DNA from: Paecilomyces variotii
Lineage: Eukaryota
Length of the DNA stretch: 56,765 bases
Strand: one strand, 5' to 3'
Assembly (NCBI GenBank): GCA_004022145.1
Contig: RCNU01000020.1
Shown: positions 51,182 through 56,765 of the stretch, piece by piece
Layout: every line of letters starts with the position of its first letter
Position numbering within the stretch: the stretch's first letter is position 1
Notes under the pieces: generated by a model
The model's database searches: none
What the model saw: only the letters and a program-made list of their open reading frames with translations
Told to the model about the DNA's origin: nothing
Program-made: the position numbers and the translations under genes

Positions 51182-54111
51182 TATCTACCACGATGTAGTC
51201 AGTCCAAGGCGGGGCAAAGCGATAAATTCTTACTGTGTTGAGGCTTCCTGGTGCCCGTTTATTATTAATGCGTGAGACGGGCCAGCCCTCTGACTACTAC
51301 TGTCGTATAGCCATGCTTTACGAGCCTTTGCGAGCAATAGGTGACGTAGAGGGGAATATGTACTGCAACGGAGGTATGACCGTCTTACTGCATCGAAAAG
51401 CTTCACCTTTTCATCGTCTCTCACAAGGTATAGGAGTGTGCACTGTGCATCCGCAGACTTCCCAATCATCTCTAGCGTTTATTGGTGTCTTCGATGGAGT
51501 CGATTTAGACTGCAGGAAGCGATCCTGCTATAACAACTGAGGCCGCCACAGGAACTCTATGTTATTCTTCCCGTTGTGAAGGCTTGTCGAGGCTTCAAAC
51601 CGTCGGTTTTCTGATAGCATCCAGGACGACACGTACTCTAGATTTTACCCCGCGGCGCGCGCCTTTTGGATGCTCTCCCGATGTCTCCACTGGACTTGGC
51701 GGGGCAGTCCATGGTGTCTCTTTGGTCTATCCAATTCCAACTGAGCTTCTGTGAGATCTCTCTGGACTCCTGGAGGAGTGAAATGCAGCTGACTTGGCGG
51801 ATACACTAACAAGAAAAGAGTATCACGCCTAGTAACGGGCTCCTGAATGGCTGTGGTTGTGGTTTCCCCCAGGTCGTCATAGAATATTCGACACCTCAGG
51901 CATGAATTGCCAGTGGGGAAAGTTCATCTGGAAGTTCATCCGGAAGTTTGATGCTAAGGTCGAGCTCGAGTCAAGACGCCTATGCATTTGACTTTTGCCA
52001 GTCGGTAACTAACTCAAACTTCTTAGTCGCCCAGAGAACGGGAATCTCGACAAGGAGAGCTCTGGCAGCTCGACATTGTTGGGCGCTAGACTACTTAGCC
52101 GTGATAGCTCGTGTCTGATACTGAATAGCCAACGCCTTTCTCCATCACTTCCGGCACTATGGTCCGCTGGAGACCTTCAGGGGCAGCGCAGAGAGACTCG
52201 GATTGGCGACGAGTATACTTATTAACAGCAGTGTCCGTCAGGGGCTGTGTCTGGTTGGTTCAACTCCCTGGGTTCATCAACTACGGGAGATGTGCAAGCA
52301 GGTGGATCGACATTCGGGTCACGCTTGCCAGGAGCAGGAGGTCTGCGCGTACCGTTTCATGGATCGCCCATGCGTATTTGTATTATCATTACCATCGGGG
52401 CACTGCCGCGGCTTTACTCGGCATCACGATCTGCCAGGGCCCAGACGGTGCTCTGTACTGGTGTCAACTATTATTATCATCGTCCCCCGCAATCTACGGT
52501 ATGAGAACAACTGGACAGCAGAAAGCATCGAAAGAATAAGTTTCGTCTGAAATTGCCCGAACCGTCTTGATGCTGAAAATAAATATCCAGGATTTCGAAC
52601 GTCAGTCGTCCCATCTTGGCTCGTCAATACTCGAAATCTGATACTTAATGTCAACTGTTCCATGGATTTCTCATGTTCTTTTATCCATGGCTCTTGTCGC
52701 GCGTTGCCAACAGAACCAGCTCCACAGCCTGGTCCAACGTCAGATCCATCTTATTTGACCATGCGCTGTCCCGCGCGTTTCATTCCCGCTTTAGCACCAA
52801 GGTTAATTTTTAAATTCGTCTCTGAACGGGGCCCGTGGACCGCTTGTCTTAGCTTTACCGTACACAATGGGACCGCCCATCATTTTGTATTATTGTGATG
52901 AGTACAATAATCATCTAGCGTGTCCGGTCGCAGCCAAGCAGAATCGATGGCAAGCGAATGGGCCAAGGGTCTAGAATTGACAACTACTCTGCACCTCTGC
53001 TAATAATTCCGTCCCGCTGGGGATGATCCTCCGCTGATGGACCCTTTCCCGATCTGGCAGGTACTTAAGGATGCCACTAGCAGGAAAATAATTATAATTA
53101 ATAGAGCTATGGAGCCAGCACGCGCGATCTGGTTACTACTCTACCGTTGGTGGGCGACAGCAGGACGGTAACTTATCCGCACTTCCTGACACAGCAGGGT
53201 GAGTAGTAATTACGGACCAAGAACGTTGACAAACATCCCTTCTGTTGCGATTCTGCATCTTCTCGAGAATCATTACGTCTTGTCGGGGACGGGCCAAGGA
53301 CATTCATTCTTCGTTGTTGAAGATCTTGCCCAAGCTGAAAACAATTGTCATCATTGACTTTGTGCGCGTATTTCCGCTCCAGATCCCGAGTACGGAATAC
53401 CTTACGGCGTAATCACCTATACTGGACTTGGAATGGGTGTATTCTGATATGCTAGACTCCTCTGCGTTAGCAGAGGTGGGGATACTCGATGACATGCCTT
53501 TGCGTCCTCAGTGGCCGATGGAATCAATACAAGCTATCTATCGTTGACATGTCCGTCGAACTTAATATCCGAGCGGCTAAAAATGGATAGTGACGATGAG
53601 GCCAGGATTTGTTAAATCCCCAACTAGCGGCAGTGGGCCCGATACATGCCCAGCCAGGCGGCGCGCGGCTGTGAATCGATGCTAGTTACGATTATGATTC
53701 GGGGGACCCTAGTGGCTCCAAATACACCACCTGCTCGAGTCTCCGCTGGCTGGACCAGGTCTCTTCATTGGGATCGTCCGGTTCACGTCTCTACACGAGT
53801 TCATTCTACCGACAGAAAGACCGTTGAGGGTGGATATGGAAGTGTTCGTTCCTCCTTTATTATTATGCTGGGGGAGCGGTTCGTTCCAGAACAAACGGCT
53901 GATCTCGGGCGGGCACCTCCATTGGCAATTTAGCACGAATCAAAAGCCGCATGATCTGGGCAGTGGTGGGAAGAGAATCAAGAGATACAAGGAACAAAGT
54001 GGATACAAATCGAGTTGATTTGGTCGTTGGCTCTTAGGCGTCTCTTCTGCAATTAGATGATAATACTTAGTGGTTAGTAGTAGCCGCCGTCGGACGTACA
54101 GTTGAACGGGG

Positions 54112-54195
54112 TTACTAATGGAGCTTATTGGGGGTAGAAAAAATGCCAAGACTTCTCTCGGCCGAGACTCTCTACCCCTAATCAGCTCTTACTAA
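54112..54195. repeat. About 70-bp inverted-repeat hairpin flanked by TTACTAA direct repeats
   Basis: GAGCTTATTGGGGGTAGA (54121-54138) pairs 16/18 with 54171-54188. Internal perfect palindrome TCTCGGCCGAGA (54156-54167). TTACTAA at 54112-54118 and 54189-54195. Confidence 0.6.
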
Positions 54196-56765
54196 GTTAT
54201 AACTAAAAACCTATATCTTTTCTAATTAAAGTATACTATATAATAAAAGTAATAATATTTTAATCTATTATAAAACTATAGATATAATAAATTTTATCTT
54301 TATATATATTAAGTATACTCTTATCTAAGGTATAATAAAGCCTATTAAGGAGATAGAATCTAGTAATAAACTTTTTAATAATAAACTTTCTAGTAATAAA
54401 TCTCTTAGTAATAAATCTTTAAATAAAGATATAAGTATTAATATAAGATTATTATAAATATATGCTTATTATATACTTAATATATATATAAGTATTAATC
54501 TCTATAAGAAATATTTATTAAGTCTAGTATTATTATTATATTTAATAGTTACTTAAAGATTATTATATTAAAGGTATAAAATTATATATATATATTTAAT
54601 TACCTATATACTAGTAGTATTAGAATTATATATTTTATTTATAAAGTTAAACTATAATATAATAATAAGAAAATAGATATTAATTTAATAATTACTTAAG
54701 AAATATTAATAATATATAGTATTTATACCTAGTATATATAATATATAAGCCTAATAAATATAGATTTAATTTTCTCTTTATTATATTAATAATTAAAACT
54801 TAGTTTATTTTAAACTATTAAGAAATAATAATAATAATCTAAAAGAATATATAAAGATATATTATTAGTTCTATATATATAATAAAATTTATTATTATAA
54901 ATATTATTATCTAAATATATTTAATATATACTCTATATATAATAGGGTTATACCTAAGTATATTAATAACTTATATAGAGTTTATAATTAATAATAGTTA
55001 GAGAAAATATTATAAGAAATATAGCTTAAAGTAATAGAATAATATATATATTATAAAATATAAAAAGAAAATAGAATATTAATATTTAGCTATAGCTATT
55101 ACTATTTATATTATTAGAATTAAAGATATTTAAATATCTATAAATATCTATAAATTAAAGAGCTAATATATAAAAATATTAGCCTAATATTATTCTATAG
55201 AAAAAATATATATATCTTTTATATATATTAAGTATATACTAATAATATATTTAGAAACTTTATATTAAGTATTCTTAATCTTTAAATAATAAATCTTAAT
55301 ATAAGGCTTAAATATTATTATTTTTAATATATAATATTAATCTCTAATATCTTATAATAATTATATAAGATAAGATCTATATCTTTAATAACTTTTATAC
55401 TTATATTAAGGCTATAAACTCTTAATAAATATAATATAGCTTTAATTATTATTATAGTTTAAATAAAGTAAAATATTAAAAATATTAAATTAAGTTTAAT
55501 ATTTATATCTTAATATATTAAGAATAATTTAAATTTTATCTTCTTATTATTTATAATAATTATATATATTATTCTCTTTACTTTATAAAATTATTAAAGA
55601 ATATAATAGAAGAAGTATTTATTTTAATTTAAAAATAAAATATTCTTAATCTTATTATTTATATATATATTCTATATATATATATATTATATATTTAAGA
55701 TATATTAACTAGCTTTAAGATTAATTTATTATATTCTCTTAATTAGCTATATTATATAAGATATATAGAGAGAATATACTATAGATAATTTATTAAAGCC
55801 TTAATATTAAGGATAAAGTTATTATATTAATTAAAAAGAAAAAACTATTTTATTATCTTATAAGTAATAGTATTATAAGAATATAATATAAATTTATTTT
55901 AAATTAAAATTAACTTAATTAAAATTAATAAATTTATAAAATTTATTTTTTTAATAAGGAGTATTTTTTATTATATATTATATATATATATAGATAAAAA
56001 TTTTTCTAGATTTATAATATATTAAGATAAATCTTGCCTTTAAAATAGTTTAAAGATAAATTAATCTCTTTATAATTATTAAGTAAAATAAGATAAATAA
56101 GTATATATATATATTATACCTATATATATAATATATATTATACCTATATATATAATATATATTAACCTTATAAATATTAATATATATATTTATACTTTTA
56201 TAAACTATAAATAGTATAAAGTATATATAATTATATTTATTAAATCTTCTAAATTTTAGAAGATATAATATACTTATTTATTTATTTTACTTATATATAT
56301 AGAGATAAAATAAGAATATAAGCAATTAGAGTAGTTATAGAAAATTAAAAAAACCGAATTAAATTAAATTAAACTGCTTATAGTTTAATTTAGTTTATAA
56401 TTTTATAAACTAGAATAGTTTATAAACTTTATAAACTAAACTAATAGTTTATAGTATATTATATAGTTTTTTTAAGTTTAATTTTTTTAGGTTTTTTAAT
56501 TTAATTTAGTTTTTTAGTTTTTTTTAATTATTTTAGATTAATTTAAATTTTTATATAAATCTTATTAATCTTTAAAAATTATTTAAATTTTTATTTCTTT
56601 ATAATATTTATTATTAAATATTAACTAAAATTAATAGAATAATATTAGAATATAATATTAAAGTTTAACTTAAGTTAAATTTTTAATATTTATATTAGCC
56701 TTTAATATAGTTAATTTAGTATAAGTAATAATTAAAAGACTTAAGCTCTCGAGAATTATTATATT
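54190..56765. mobile_element. Heavily RIP-mutated AT-rich repeat block (runs off the window)
   Basis: Abrupt switch to extreme A+T content, with TpA excess and near absence of CpA/TpG. No intact ORFs. Confidence 0.85.
54362..54421 (+). repeat. Four degenerate 15-bp tandem repeats (relic 5-codon repeat)
   Basis: agtaataaacttttt / aataataaactttct / agtaataaatctctt / agtaataaatcttta. Confidence 0.7.

Noticed and set aside
51230..54110. Several 60-126-aa ORFs between the two RIPped elements
   Set aside because: They overlap in multiple frames and show no motifs or splice structure. Treated as non-coding.
55150..55200. De-RIPped ELxYKDISL resembling a tyrosine-recombinase (captain) motif
   Set aside because: The upstream G.RP catalytic Arg motif cannot be recovered by transitions alone. 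Too ambiguous.

Overview
Intron-containing genomic DNA from a filamentous ascomycete (Eurotiomycete-like gene content; the genus cannot be determined from this window). About 1-38 kb is gene-dense. It holds a divergent Zn2Cys6 TF/SDR pair, two MFS sugar porters, IFA38-ERG28-GAL7, an F-box gene, a second Zn2Cys6 TF, a single-domain B12-independent methionine synthase, cyanide hydratase, PRPP synthetase (with a 6-nt micro-exon), ERG27, three atypical kinase-fold genes, a small convergent ORF and a pseudogene. About 38-49 kb is gene-poor around a four-finger C2H2 TF. The right end has a complete but RIP-destroyed Fot1/pogo DNA transposon (49293-51181) and a heavily RIPped AT-rich block (from about 54190). 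That block starts beside a small hairpin flanked by direct repeats, appears to contain a relic non-transposase ORF, and has an hAT-like terminus. The best leads are: a repeated CGG-N11-CCG-type motif linking the TF, SDR and transporter; the TM1 Asp-to-His change in that transporter; the stop-overlapping APH-kinase/small-protein pair; and the structure of the RIPped boundary. All calls come from reading the sequence by eye. No database searches were run.
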